Of a DNA stretch of 64,000 nt, positions 1 through 9,866 are shown in pieces; position 1 is the first letter of the stretch, and the number at the start of each line of letters is the position of its first letter. The notes under the pieces were generated by a model that saw nothing but the letters and a program-made list of their open reading frames with translations, was not told where the DNA came from and made no database searches. This stretch comes from Bacilli bacterium. Lineage in GTDB: Bacteria > Bacillota_I > Bacilli_A > RFN20 > CAG-826. Position numbers and translations under genes: made by a program. The stretch is taken from positions 5,028 through 69,027 of the forward strand of contig JBILRP010000004.1 of assembly GCA_044372565.1 (NCBI GenBank), given 5' to 3'.

Positions 1-1014
1 TTGTGGCCTTAAATCGCCAAGATCTTCGGCGATGATGTTTAGATTAGGTAATTGTTTTTTGATCGTGTCAAACAACGCATATCCAGGAGCTTCAATCCAT
101 GCGCCTTCTACTGCGGTCGGACATGAGGAAGGAATTTTCCAGTACGTATCAAATGCCCGGAAATGATCAATGCGGATAATATCAAATAGTTGAGCGTTAT
201 AACCCAAGCGATCAATCCAAAATTTAAATTTATCTTTTTCCATCACATCCCATCGATAAAGGGGATTACCCCAGCGTTGACCTGTGGCTGAGAAATAATC
301 CGGTGGAACTCCGGCAATAAACGTGGGTTCTCCATCCGGGGTTAACATAAATTGAGATTGATTCGTCCAAACATCAATCGAGTCAATCCCTACATAAATA
401 GGGATATCACCAACAAATAAAACCCCTTGTTGATTCGCATATTGCTTAAGGGCCATAAACTGGGTATAAAGTAAATACTGAATCATTTGATGGTATTGAA
501 TACGAGGTAAGTAAGGTGTTAAATCAATCGCTTTGTTTTTAACATAGGTCTTAAATTCTTTTTGCCATGTGGTCCACATTTGTAATTGATGGAGTTCTTT
601 GAAAGTCACAAAAATGGCGTACGTTTCAACCCATGGTTGATCCTTTAAGAATCGTATGTATTTTGCATCGGCTTTAAAGTTTTTAAATGCTTCTTGATAA
701 TACGTGGATTTATATTTCCTGACCGCATCATAATCAACACGAACACTGTGCGCTTGAAATGGTTTTGGTTTTTTAATCAATCCAGCCTGATGAAGTAAAT
801 CCAGAGATAGATATAATTCATCCATCGCTTTGGATGAATAAGGTTGATAGGGAGAATTTCCATAACCCAAAGGGTTCAGTGGTAACATTTGCCAAAGTTT
901 CGTTTTTGCCTTGACCATCGAATCAATGAATTGGTAAGCTGGTTGACCAAAATCACCGATGCCATATGCTGAAGGAAGAGAAGAAACGGCCAATAAGATT
1001 CCTGAAGTTCGCAT
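1..1014 (-). CDS. malQ: 4-alpha-glucanotransferase (amylomaltase, GH77), N-terminal ~338 codons; the 3' end lies beyond the window start
   Basis: Own translation of the minus strand from ATG ~1014: MRTSGILLAVSSLPSAYGIGDFGQPAYQFID..., with GDIPIYV, SATGQRWGNPLY, RIDHFRAF and AEDLG motifs. Absent from the ORF track because there is no stop in the window. Confidence 0.85.
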   Translation of the reverse strand, partial: MRTSGILLAVSSLPSAYGIGDFGQPAYQFIDSMVKAKTKLWQMLPLNPLGYGNSPYQPYSSKAMDELYLSLDLLHQAGLIKKPKPFQAHSVRVDYDAVRKYKSTYYQEAFKNFKADAKYIRFLKDQPWVETYAIFVTFKELHQLQMWTTWQKEFKTYVKNKAIDLTPYLPRIQYHQMIQYLLYTQFMALKQYANQQGVLFVGDIPIYVGIDSIDVWTNQSQFMLTPDGEPTFIAGVPPDYFSATGQRWGNPLYRWDVMEKDKFKFWIDRLGYNAQLFDIIRIDHFRAFDTYWKIPSSCPTAVEGAWIEAPGYALFDTIKKQLPNLNIIAEDLGDLRPQ

Positions 1015-1043
1015 ACGTGTATGCTCCTTTGTTACCTTTCAAA

Positions 1044-1073
1044 TTATACCGAATTTATCTTAATTTCATTCAA
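1044..1073 (-). promoter_or_regulatory. Candidate promoter for malQ
   Basis: Minus strand reads TTGAAT-N18-TATAAT, between the msmK-type gene terminator (hairpin 1081-1100 plus T-run) and the malQ SD aaaggag. Confidence 0.4.
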
Positions 1074-1080
1074 GAAAAAA

Positions 1081-1107
1081 ACCACAAGCTTGATTGTGGT
1101 TTTTTTC
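1081..1107 (-). terminator. Intrinsic terminator after the sugar ABC ATPase gene
   Basis: accacaa-gcttga-ttgtggt hairpin flanked by A- and T-runs. Confidence 0.65.
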
Positions 1108-1118
1108 AATCCGACGAC

Positions 1119-2216
1119 TTAAATCAATGTCTTTTGTGTCTCTTTATCAAAAACATGCGCTTTTTCTAAATTGAGAACAAGTTTAATCGAATCGCCAATG
1201 CGATAGGTGTTAAGCGCGTCAATCTTACTAATTAAATTATTACCGGCCAAATTCGTATGAATAATATATTCATGGCCTAATAATTCCGCAACTTTGATTG
1301 TGCTCTTTAACACGGCGGTTGGAAATAATTTTTCTAAGGCAGCATTTTCACGGTGAGAATCTTCAGGACGTATGCCAAAGACCACTTCTTTATTGTCATA
1401 ACCTTTAAGGACTTTTTTAAACTTTTCTGGTAGTTCCATTTTTAAACCATCGGCAAAATGAATCATGCCTTCTTTGTATTTCACATCCATTAAATTCATC
1501 GCTGGTGATCCGATGAATGCAGCAACGAACACATTCGCAGGATGATTATAGATTTCAATTGGGGAGCCAATCTGCATGACATACCCACCCTTCATGACCA
1601 CAATTCGGCTTGCCATCGTCATCGCTTCCGTTTGGTCATGGGTCACATAAATGGTGGTCGCGCCAATGCTTTCGTGTAACTTAATGATTTCCGCACGCAT
1701 TTGCACACGTAACTTAGCATCCAAGTTAGATAAAGGTTCATCCATTAAGAACACTTTCGCATTACGAACAATGGCTCGGCCTAAAGCCACCCGTTGGCGT
1801 TGACCACCCGACAGTTGTTTTGGTTTACGATCGAGAAGTTTTTCAATTTCTAAAATCTTTGCCGCCCGATAAACGCGTTCACGAATTTCTTCTTTATTGA
1901 TATGACGAATCTTTAAACCAAACGCCAAATTGTCAAACACCGTCATATGTGGATACAAGGCATACGATTGAAACACCATCGCGATGTCGCGATCTTTAGG
2001 TGGGGTATCATTTCTTAACGTCCCATCAATGAAGAGTTCGCCATTGGTGATATCTTCTAAGCCAGCAATCATGCGTAAGGTGGTTGATTTTCCACAACCT
2101 GAAGGACCAACAAGAACGATGAATTCTTTATCCTTCACTTCAAGATTAAAATCAAAAACTGCTTGAACCTTATTGTCGTAAACTTTATTGATATTCTTCA
2201 AGACTACTTCTGCCAT
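1119..2216 (-). CDS. Sugar ABC transporter ATP-binding protein (MalK/MsmK/MsmX/UgpC family)
   Basis: Walker A GPSGCGKST, ABC signature LSGGQRQR, Walker B FLMDEPLS, plus a C-terminal MalK-type regulatory domain. Confidence 0.9.
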   Translation of the reverse strand: MAEVVLKNINKVYDNKVQAVFDFNLEVKDKEFIVLVGPSGCGKSTTLRMIAGLEDITNGELFIDGTLRNDTPPKDRDIAMVFQSYALYPHMTVFDNLAFGLKIRHINKEEIRERVYRAAKILEIEKLLDRKPKQLSGGQRQRVALGRAIVRNAKVFLMDEPLSNLDAKLRVQMRAEIIKLHESIGATTIYVTHDQTEAMTMASRIVVMKGGYVMQIGSPIEIYNHPANVFVAAFIGSPAMNLMDVKYKEGMIHFADGLKMELPEKFKKVLKGYDNKEVVFGIRPEDSHRENAALEKLFPTAVLKSTIKVAELLGHEYIIHTNLAGNNLISKIDALNTYRIGDSIKLVLNLEKAHVFDKETQKTLI

Positions 2217-2280
2217 AAATGATCTCCTTGGTTAAACTTTAACAAATCTATTTTAACATGATTTGTGCACAATGCACAAA

Positions 2281-2859
2281 TCAACGATGCATCATCAATG
2301 CTTTTTGAACAAGGGTAAAGAACAGGGCGTGGTCATGTAAACGAATATCTAATCCGGTGAGTTCAATGAATTGGTTTAATCGATAGGCAAACGTGTTGCG
2401 ATGAATATAAAGTTTCTTACTTGCGCTTGTCGCCTTCATATCACAAGAGATTAACGTCGATGCCGTTTGCATCAAGTGACGAGGAACAAGTTGAAACTCT
2501 TCGTAAATATATTGAACAAATGCGCGATTGCCTTCAAGCATGGTTTGTAACACGAAATCTGCAAGGGTATCAACTTTGCCGGGGTTGGTCTTTAATCCTA
2601 ATTGGGAGGCAAATTCACCCATGGGATGAGTTCGATACGTTTTTAGGGCGTGAAATTTAACATTAAATTCTTGCTGGTAGGTATCAAGAAACGTCTGCAA
2701 GTCGGCATCGGCATCTTGACTGGTTTGAAAGACCACCAAGGTCTTCGATAACACTTGAATGGAGATTTTCTGTCCAAGGACATCTTCAAGTAAAGGCCGA
2801 AAGGTTTTTTCTTGGATGGGTTGAATCGACCTTAGATAATAAGTATGCGAAGTTTTCAT
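2281..2859 (-). CDS. PucR/CdaR-type helix-turn-helix transcriptional regulator (short, 192 aa)
   Basis: C-terminal PucR-like HTH (YIHRNTFAYRLNQFIELTGLD). Overlaps the GH13 gene by 4 nt. Confidence 0.55.
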   Translation of the reverse strand: MKTSHTYYLRSIQPIQEKTFRPLLEDVLGQKISIQVLSKTLVVFQTSQDADADLQTFLDTYQQEFNVKFHALKTYRTHPMGEFASQLGLKTNPGKVDTLADFVLQTMLEGNRAFVQYIYEEFQLVPRHLMQTASTLISCDMKATSASKKLYIHRNTFAYRLNQFIELTGLDIRLHDHALFFTLVQKALMMHR

Positions 2860-4562
2860 TCCACATCCAAGACATACGTTTCAAAGGGTCTAAGGGTTAA
2901 ATTCAATCCACGTTTTTCAATCGTTGGATAGTTATGAAGTAAGACAGTGTTGATGATGCGATCGATTTTAAACGTCACTTCATAGGCGCGAAAATTACTA
3001 ATCACAAAGAGTGAAGGTCGACCTATGTGAAGATAACTAAAGACATCTGGATGCAAAGGTTCCACCAACGAAAGAGGTCCTTCCAAAATGGATTTCAAAA
3101 TCGTGGGTTTCTTCCTTAAAGCAATGGCTTTGCGGTAAAAATTAAAAATAGAGGTTGGATCTTTTTTTTGTGCTTCAAGATTGACATCCGTATAGTTGCC
3201 GTTGACCGATAAAAAAGGTTCTACGTTTGAAAACCCAGCAAAAGGTTCATCACTCCATTGAAATGGGGTCCTTGCATTGACGCGAGAGGTTCTTCTTAAA
3301 AACCTGAGGATGGTAGATTCATCCAATCGATCACTGGCTTGTTTGGCGTATTGAATGGCAGAAACATCTTTAAACTGGGTTAGTTTTTCATAATCAACAT
3401 TACTCATGCCAATTTCTTCTCCGTTATAGATAAAGGGGGTTCCATATAAAAATAATAAGGTAGTGGCAAGCATGGTTGCCGACTCTTTTCTAAACCGTAC
3501 CGATCCATATTGAGAAACCACACGGGGGTGATCATGATTTAACCAATAGATGGGTAAGGACGCGACGGGAGATACGACCTCATACCATTTCATAAAATTT
3601 TGTTTAAGTTGAATGACGTTCGTTTTTAATTCATGGTCAGCTTTGGTATCTGAACCATACGCACCATTTTCCCAACACGTATCGAAATTAAACACCATGT
3701 TTAAACTACCTTGAGCAGGATGAACATATTGTAAAGATGCTTCGGGTTGAACGCCACCACCGACTTCGCCAATCGTCAAGGCTTCGGGATATTGAGTTAA
3801 CACTTGTTCCTTAAATTCTTGAAGGTAATCAAACACTTTTGGTAATGAAGAAAACTTGGTAGAATCAAGAACCAATCCATCCGCATCCACTGGTAACGTC
3901 GAATCGGTAAAGCTTAAATCCTTGGCCAAGTGGGCAAGGGCATCAAGACGAAAGCCATCCACGCCTATGTCTAACCAATAACGAGCGATGTCATAAAGGT
4001 CTTGGCGCATCGTAGGATTTTCCCAATTTAAATCAGGCATCTTCTTCGAAAATATTTTTAAATAATATTGTTTCACCGTGTCATCATAATGCCAAGCACT
4101 GTCGGAGAAATAGCCACGCCAATTGGTGGGAGGTAACAATTTACCTTCATCGGTGGTTTTTGGATCTTTCCAAAGATAATACGCGTGGTACTTTGAGTAA
4201 CGATTTTTTCTTGCCTCAATAAACCAGCGATGCTCATCACTCGTGTGATTAAGGACCAAATCAATGATGATGCGAATCCCAATGGTATGCGCTTCTTTTA
4301 ACAGGGCTTGAAAATCTTTTAGGCTACCAAAACTAGGATCGACTTGTAAGTAATCTTTGACATCATAACCATAGTCATCCATGGGCGAAGCAAAGAAAGG
4401 GCAAATCCATAATAGATTAATCCCCAATTGGTGGAGGTGAGGAAGTTTTAAACGAATCCCATTGATATCGCCAATACCATCCTGATTGCTATCATAAAAA
4501 GATCGCGGATAAATTTGATAGCCAATGGCTTCTTGCCACCAAGGTCTTTTTACTTTACTCAA
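2856..4562 (-). CDS. GH13 alpha-glucosidase / oligo-1,6-glucosidase family
   Basis: WWQEAIGYQIYPRSF..DGIGDI N-terminus; GH13 conserved regions DLVLNHTS, DGFRLDA, IGEVGG, WLNHDHPR. Confidence 0.9.
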   Translation of the reverse strand: MSKVKRPWWQEAIGYQIYPRSFYDSNQDGIGDINGIRLKLPHLHQLGINLLWICPFFASPMDDYGYDVKDYLQVDPSFGSLKDFQALLKEAHTIGIRIIIDLVLNHTSDEHRWFIEARKNRYSKYHAYYLWKDPKTTDEGKLLPPTNWRGYFSDSAWHYDDTVKQYYLKIFSKKMPDLNWENPTMRQDLYDIARYWLDIGVDGFRLDALAHLAKDLSFTDSTLPVDADGLVLDSTKFSSLPKVFDYLQEFKEQVLTQYPEALTIGEVGGGVQPEASLQYVHPAQGSLNMVFNFDTCWENGAYGSDTKADHELKTNVIQLKQNFMKWYEVVSPVASLPIYWLNHDHPRVVSQYGSVRFRKESATMLATTLLFLYGTPFIYNGEEIGMSNVDYEKLTQFKDVSAIQYAKQASDRLDESTILRFLRRTSRVNARTPFQWSDEPFAGFSNVEPFLSVNGNYTDVNLEAQKKDPTSIFNFYRKAIALRKKPTILKSILEGPLSLVEPLHPDVFSYLHIGRPSLFVISNFRAYEVTFKIDRIINTVLLHNYPTIEKRGLNLTLRPFETYVLDVE

Positions 4563-5172
4563 AAGAAGTCACCTCTTGCATGGCAGCCTTAATCATCTTG
4601 ACTAAATCCTTGCGTTCGATTTTAAACGAGATGGTTTTTGGCAATTGGGTGAGTGGGAAAAAACCGACATCGGTAATTTCATGCCCCCAAGGCTTTAACG
4701 GTTTGGTTAAATGGCCTTTAAAGACAAGGACATATTGGCTTTGTGCAGAACCACGGTGAAGAAAATCATAATGATAAACCCCGGAAAGTTTTTCAACGTT
4801 GACGGTTGCGCCAGCTTCTTGCATGCATTCTTTACGGATTGCTTCCATAGGACTTTCAAACAAATCTGCCCATCCTCCAGGCAAGGTATAACCACCATCG
4901 ACTTTTTCTTTGACGAGTAACACCCTATTCAAGTCATCAAGGATTACCATTCGAACAGACACATTCGGAGTAGGATATAAATCCTTGGAAAAATACTGAG
5001 GTCTTTTAAAATCAACCTTGGCAAAACTCTTCAGCATTTTTGACGATAATTCGCTTAGTTCTAAATAATTTTCTAAAGCATAGGAATCTTTGGAATAGGT
5101 TAATCCAATTTTACTGATCGAATGAACCTTCATGATAAATTCATAAAAAGAATGATTTTTTACTTTTTTCAT
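4555..5172 (-). CDS. NUDIX hydrolase
   Basis: Nudix box GGWADLFESPMEAIRKECMQEAG; N-terminal Nudix-associated domain. Confidence 0.8.
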   Translation of the reverse strand: MKKVKNHSFYEFIMKVHSISKIGLTYSKDSYALENYLELSELSSKMLKSFAKVDFKRPQYFSKDLYPTPNVSVRMVILDDLNRVLLVKEKVDGGYTLPGGWADLFESPMEAIRKECMQEAGATVNVEKLSGVYHYDFLHRGSAQSQYVLVFKGHLTKPLKPWGHEITDVGFFPLTQLPKTISFKIERKDLVKMIKAAMQEVTSFE

Positions 5173-5258
5173 CCCCTCTATTTTACTCTAAAATCCTATG
5201 GATATAACTATAAATTATCCTTGAAAAATGGTATTGTTATTTCATAGGAGGACCGTCC

Positions 5259-5726
5259 ATGATATTAACGAATATTGATTTTCAGTTAGTCGGAATTATC
5301 GTTTGGGTCGTGGTCTTTTTTGTTGCTGTCATTATTGAGTCCTTAGAACCTCAACTGGTGTCCTTGTGGTTTGCTGGTGGGGCTTTGGTCGCTTTACTTT
5401 TTGCCACAGTATTTCAAGTTAATTTTGTTTGGCAAGCATTGTTATTCACCTTGACCAGCGTCATCTTGTTGGTGTTAACACGTCCCTTTGTTAAAAAAGT
5501 GACCACGTATCCTACCGTTGCCACCAATGCCGATGCGTTAATCGGTAAAGAAATTTTGGTGGAAAAAGGCTTTGGTCCAAAACAATCAGGGATGGGATTG
5601 CAAGGGGATGTTCATTGGAAACTCATTGCCAAAGGCGATGTCAGTTTTAAAAGTGGAGAGTTCGCGATTGTTCAAGAAATCAATGGTAATAAACTTACTG
5701 TGATTAAAAAGAAAGCAGGTAAATAA
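5259..5726 (+). CDS. NfeD family membrane protein
   Basis: N-terminal TM helices plus a C-terminal soluble OB-like domain. Lies 1 nt upstream of an SPFH gene, the classic NfeD-stomatin pair. SD aggagg is upstream. Confidence 0.75.
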   Translation: MILTNIDFQLVGIIVWVVVFFVAVIIESLEPQLVSLWFAGGALVALLFATVFQVNFVWQALLFTLTSVILLVLTRPFVKKVTTYPTVATNADALIGKEILVEKGFGPKQSGMGLQGDVHWKLIAKGDVSFKSGEFAIVQEINGNKLTVIKKKAGK

Positions 5727-5727
5727 G

Positions 5728-6672
5728 ATGATGATTTTTTCCAGTGCAGCAGGCATAGGGTTGATTTTTCTTGGGTTAATCTTTTTTGTTTTACTCTTTA
5801 TTCTTATCCGATCGATTGTGATTGTTTCTCAGGGGACAACCGTGATCGTTCAACGCTTGGGTAAATACCACACAACCCTCGCGGCTGGAATTCATTTAAT
5901 GGTGCCTGTGATTGATACCAAAGTCGCCACCATCTCATTAAAAGAACGGGTGTATGACTTTCCACCTCAACCAGTCATCACCAAAGATAACGTCACCATG
6001 CAAATTGATACGGTCATTTATTTCCAAGTTACCGATCCTAAACTCTTTACGTATGGGGTTGAACGTCCATTAAATGCCATGGAAAGTTTAACGGCCACCA
6101 CCTTACGAAACTTGATTGGGGATTTAGAACTCGATCAAACCTTAACCTCACGTGACCGTATTAATCATAAGATGTGGGAAACCCTTGAAGAAGCCACAGA
6201 CTCATGGGGTATTAAAGTGAACCGTGTTGAATTAAAAAACATCATCCCACCACGCGACATCCAAGAAGCGATGGAAAAACAAATGCGCGCTGAACGTCAA
6301 AAGCGTGAAGCCATTTTGGAAGCTGAAGGTAAAAAACAAGCAGCGATTTTAACCGCGGAAGGGGAAAAAGAATCCGCGGTCTTAAGAGCCCAGGCTGTCA
6401 AAATTAAAAAGATTACTGAAGCCGAAGGGGAAGCGGAAGCTAACATGAAAATTTTTGAAGCCCAAGCCAGAGGGGTTGAACTTATTAATCGAGCGCATCC
6501 TAGTGCTGGATTCTTAACCCTGAAAGGTTTTGAAGCCTTGGAAAAATTAGCGAATGGAACTGCAACTAAATTAATCATCCCTTCAGAAATTCAAAATGTT
6601 ACCGGGTTGATTGCTTCATTAAAAGAAGTGATCACCGATGACAAAGTGCCAACAAAGAAAAAAGGCGAGTAA
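5728..6672 (+). CDS. SPFH/band-7 (stomatin/prohibitin-like) membrane protein
   Basis: N-terminal TM, SPFH core (IVSQGTTVIVQRLGKY...TKDNVTMQIDTVIYFQV), C-terminal coiled-coil rich in E/A/K. Confidence 0.9.
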   Translation: MMIFSSAAGIGLIFLGLIFFVLLFILIRSIVIVSQGTTVIVQRLGKYHTTLAAGIHLMVPVIDTKVATISLKERVYDFPPQPVITKDNVTMQIDTVIYFQVTDPKLFTYGVERPLNAMESLTATTLRNLIGDLELDQTLTSRDRINHKMWETLEEATDSWGIKVNRVELKNIIPPRDIQEAMEKQMRAERQKREAILEAEGKKQAAILTAEGEKESAVLRAQAVKIKKITEAEGEAEANMKIFEAQARGVELINRAHPSAGFLTLKGFEALEKLANGTATKLIIPSEIQNVTGLIASLKEVITDDKVPTKKKGE

Positions 6673-6685
6673 AGTAACCGCAATC

Positions 6686-6716
6686 AAAAAAGCATCTCAT
6701 TGAGATGCTTTTTTAT
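6686..6716. terminator. Bidirectional intrinsic terminator between the SPFH gene (+) and glmS (-)
   Basis: Hairpin agcatctca/tgagatgct flanked by an A-run and a T-run. Confidence 0.7.
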
Positions 6717-6723
6717 TGCTTGG

Positions 6724-8511
6724 TTATTCAACCGTGACTGACTTGGCAAGGTTTCTAGGTTTATCAATATCTTTATCAAGGAATAATGCAGCATAGTAAG
6801 AAAGATACTGACCAACCAACGCTTTCACCAACGGGGATAAATAAACTTTGGTATTGCCCGTGACAAAGGCATCTTCATCCTTGGCCAAGGCCATGTTGCT
6901 AATTGGATAAACTTTTGCACCTCTTGCCATCACTTCTTGTAAGTTCGAGCGAATGGCAGCTGCAGTGGTTTGATCAGAGATAAAGGCAATCACCGGTACA
7001 TCTTTTTTAATCAAAGCAATCGGACCGTGCTTTAATTCTCCTCCGGGCAAACCTTCGGAGTGAATATACGTAATTTCTTTTAATTTTAAGGAAGCTTCTA
7101 ACGCAGCATCAAAGTCATATCCACGACCTAAAAAGAACGCATTCGGTTGGGGAGCAATCTCTTCGGCAATCGCTTTGATGTCCATCTTGGAATCAATCAA
7201 ACTCTTCATGGCCTTGATGACTTCCAATAGGTCAGAGACCACTTCGGTGTTTCCAATTAAGGACGCTCTTAATACTGATAATAAAGCCACTTGGGCAACA
7301 TAAGCTTTGGTAGAAGCAACCGCAATTTCCATCCCCGCATAAAGTAACAAGGTGAAATCCGAGGCGCGATCTAACGAGGACCCTTTGGTGTTGGTGATGG
7401 TGATCATCGGACTACCTTGGTTTTGAATGAGCTTCACGCAGCGAATCAAATCCGCGGTTTCTCCACTTTGAGAGATGACTACGAATACTGGGTTTTGTCC
7501 TTTGATTTCTGGATAATAAGCAAATTCAGAGGCAATATACACGCGACAGGTTTTCCCAATCGATTCAAAATAACGGCGACCGACAAGGGCAGCATGATAA
7601 CTCGTTCCACAGGCGATAAAAATGATTTGATCCGCTTGTTTTAATTTTTGGATAAGGACGTCATCGAATAAAAACTGATTGCCATCAACATAGTTATCAA
7701 GAATGCGTTTAATCACTTCGGGTGATTCTTCGATCTCTTTGAGCATGTAATGGGGATAGCCGTTCAAACCAATATCTGTAACTTTTAAATCCGTTTGATG
7801 ATAGACCAATGGTTTTTCTTCATGAGGATCGAGGTGTTTCACGACCACTTCTTTTTGTGAGATATATCCATATTGATAATCATCAAGAATATAGTAAGAG
7901 GTTGCATAAGCAAGCATGGGTACATAATCCGACGCTAAATAATTCGTGTGTTCACCTTTACCAATCACCAACGGTGAATGAAGCTTCGCAAAATAAATTT
8001 TACTATCGTCTTGTTGGTATAGAATGGCAAGGGCATACGATCCTTCTAGATCTTCTAAAGTTAATTTAATCGCGGTGAGAGGATTCTTTTTGGCATCGGT
8101 CAAATAATGCATTTCCATTAAATTGGCGATGACTTCAGTATCTGTTTCCGATTGAAAACGATATCCTTTGTTTTCAAGTTTCTTTTTTAAACTACGGAAA
8201 TTATCGATGACGCCATTATGGACCAAGGTAAAGATATTTTTTTGTGAACTATGAGGGTGAGAATTTACAAAATTGGGTTCCCCATGGGTTGCCCAACGCG
8301 TATGACCAATCCCTGCGGCAGCTTTCATGGTTGCAGGAACAAGGCGATTGAGATCATCAATTCTTCCAGGTAGACGGAATACTTCTAACTTTTGATTGGT
8401 TAAAAATGCCGTGCCACTTGAATCATAACCACGATACTCTAAACTCTTTAAGCCTTCGATTAAATAATTGCGTAACTTACTTTCTCCAACAGTTCCAACG
8501 ATTCCACACAT
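6724..8511 (-). CDS. glmS: Glutamine--fructose-6-phosphate aminotransferase
   Basis: N-terminal MCGIVG (Ntn-Cys amidotransferase), two SIS domains, C-terminal ...KSVTVE. Confidence 0.97.
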   Translation of the reverse strand: MCGIVGTVGESKLRNYLIEGLKSLEYRGYDSSGTAFLTNQKLEVFRLPGRIDDLNRLVPATMKAAAGIGHTRWATHGEPNFVNSHPHSSQKNIFTLVHNGVIDNFRSLKKKLENKGYRFQSETDTEVIANLMEMHYLTDAKKNPLTAIKLTLEDLEGSYALAILYQQDDSKIYFAKLHSPLVIGKGEHTNYLASDYVPMLAYATSYYILDDYQYGYISQKEVVVKHLDPHEEKPLVYHQTDLKVTDIGLNGYPHYMLKEIEESPEVIKRILDNYVDGNQFLFDDVLIQKLKQADQIIFIACGTSYHAALVGRRYFESIGKTCRVYIASEFAYYPEIKGQNPVFVVISQSGETADLIRCVKLIQNQGSPMITITNTKGSSLDRASDFTLLLYAGMEIAVASTKAYVAQVALLSVLRASLIGNTEVVSDLLEVIKAMKSLIDSKMDIKAIAEEIAPQPNAFFLGRGYDFDAALEASLKLKEITYIHSEGLPGGELKHGPIALIKKDVPVIAFISDQTTAAAIRSNLQEVMARGAKVYPISNMALAKDEDAFVTGNTKVYLSPLVKALVGQYLSYYAALFLDKDIDKPRNLAKSVTVE

Positions 8512-8525
8512 GGTTCATTAACCCC

Positions 8526-9863
8526 CTAATTTACGAATGTGTCTTCGATAAAGTGAACAACTTCTGAAACGAGTTTTTCGCATTGCTGGGGTGCCAATGC
8601 TTCCACCATAACCCGAATCAACGATTCGGTTCCAGAGGCTCTCACTAAAATACGACCTTCTTGTCCTAAGCGTGACTCAATGTTTGCGACAAGGGCAATC
8701 AATTCAGGATGGTTCATGACCTCTGTCTTGTTTTCCACCGCAATATTTTTTAGCACTTGAGGATATTGTTTTAATGATACCACAAAGTCTGCCAAAGTTA
8801 GATGCGACGATTGCATGATGTTAAGTAGTTTAATCGCAGACAGCAATCCATCTCCTGTATTGAGTTCATTTAAAAAGATGACGTGACCAGATTGTTCTCC
8901 ACCTAAGATAAGTTGTTCTTTTTTAAGCGCTGCTTGGACGTATTTATCACCAACATTGGTTTCTAAATATTCAATGCCTTTTTCTTTGAGAGCTTTCTTA
9001 AGTCCAAAATTACTCATTTGAGTAATCACAACTTTTTTCTTCAATGCCGGTTGTGAAGAAAATAAATGAAGACTGTTTAAATAAATCAAGGCATCGCCAT
9101 TCACTTCTTGACCATCATGGGTTACTGCGATCATCCGGTCAGCATCACCGTCAAAGGCAAAACCAAGATCATATTGACCTTTTTTAATCTTGGCTTGTAA
9201 TGATTGTAAATGGGTTGCCCCACAACGTTCATTGATGTTGATCCCAGTAGGTTGATGGTGAATCACTTCAACCGTGTATCCCAATGCTGACAATAATCTT
9301 GGGGCAATGTGAAATGCAGATCCGTTAGCGGTGTCCAAGAGTAACTTGAGTTTTCTTCCTTTAAATTCATGTTTCGAGGAGAGAAATTTGACATACGATT
9401 CAGTATAACTACTTGGGTTAGGATGAAATTGACCAACCTGTTTTCCCGTTTGGTAAGGTAACTTGTCTTCGTCTTCGTCAAGGTATTGTTCAATTTCCGT
9501 TTCTACTGCACCATTTAATTTTTCGCCATCTGCATTAAATAACTTAATGCCGTTATCGTAAAACGGATTATGACTCGCGGAAATCATGACCCCATATCCT
9601 TTTTTTTCCGTTTGTAAAAAATATGAAATTGCTGGGGTGGTAATCACGCCTAATGAAACGATGGATGCTCCTGATGCCATGGCACCTGCATTGAATGCTT
9701 GCGCTAACATCGGTGAAGAGATGCGAGTATCTTGACCCACAAAGATAAAAGAATCTTTAGGGGTAATCGATCCTAAATACCGACCGATAAAGTAAGCATG
9801 TTGACTTGTTAATTGTTGACCGACATAACCGCGAAAACCATCCGTACCAAAATATTTTCCCAT
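8526..9863 (-). CDS. glmM: Phosphoglucosamine mutase
   Basis: Phosphoserine loop ISASHNP, Mg site FDGDADR, N-terminal GTDGFRG. Confidence 0.95.
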   Translation of the reverse strand: MGKYFGTDGFRGYVGQQLTSQHAYFIGRYLGSITPKDSFIFVGQDTRISSPMLAQAFNAGAMASGASIVSLGVITTPAISYFLQTEKKGYGVMISASHNPFYDNGIKLFNADGEKLNGAVETEIEQYLDEDEDKLPYQTGKQVGQFHPNPSSYTESYVKFLSSKHEFKGRKLKLLLDTANGSAFHIAPRLLSALGYTVEVIHHQPTGININERCGATHLQSLQAKIKKGQYDLGFAFDGDADRMIAVTHDGQEVNGDALIYLNSLHLFSSQPALKKKVVITQMSNFGLKKALKEKGIEYLETNVGDKYVQAALKKEQLILGGEQSGHVIFLNELNTGDGLLSAIKLLNIMQSSHLTLADFVVSLKQYPQVLKNIAVENKTEVMNHPELIALVANIESRLGQEGRILVRASGTESLIRVMVEALAPQQCEKLVSEVVHFIEDTFVN

Positions 9864-9866
9864 GGA

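Noticed and set aside
966-1169. 67-aa plus-strand ORF
   Set aside because: It spans the malQ start, its promoter and the terminator hairpin of the ABC ATPase gene, and has no coding signal.
8512-8525. glmS ribozyme upstream of glmS
   Set aside because: Only 14 nt separate glmM from glmS, so there is no space for the about 170-nt ribozyme.
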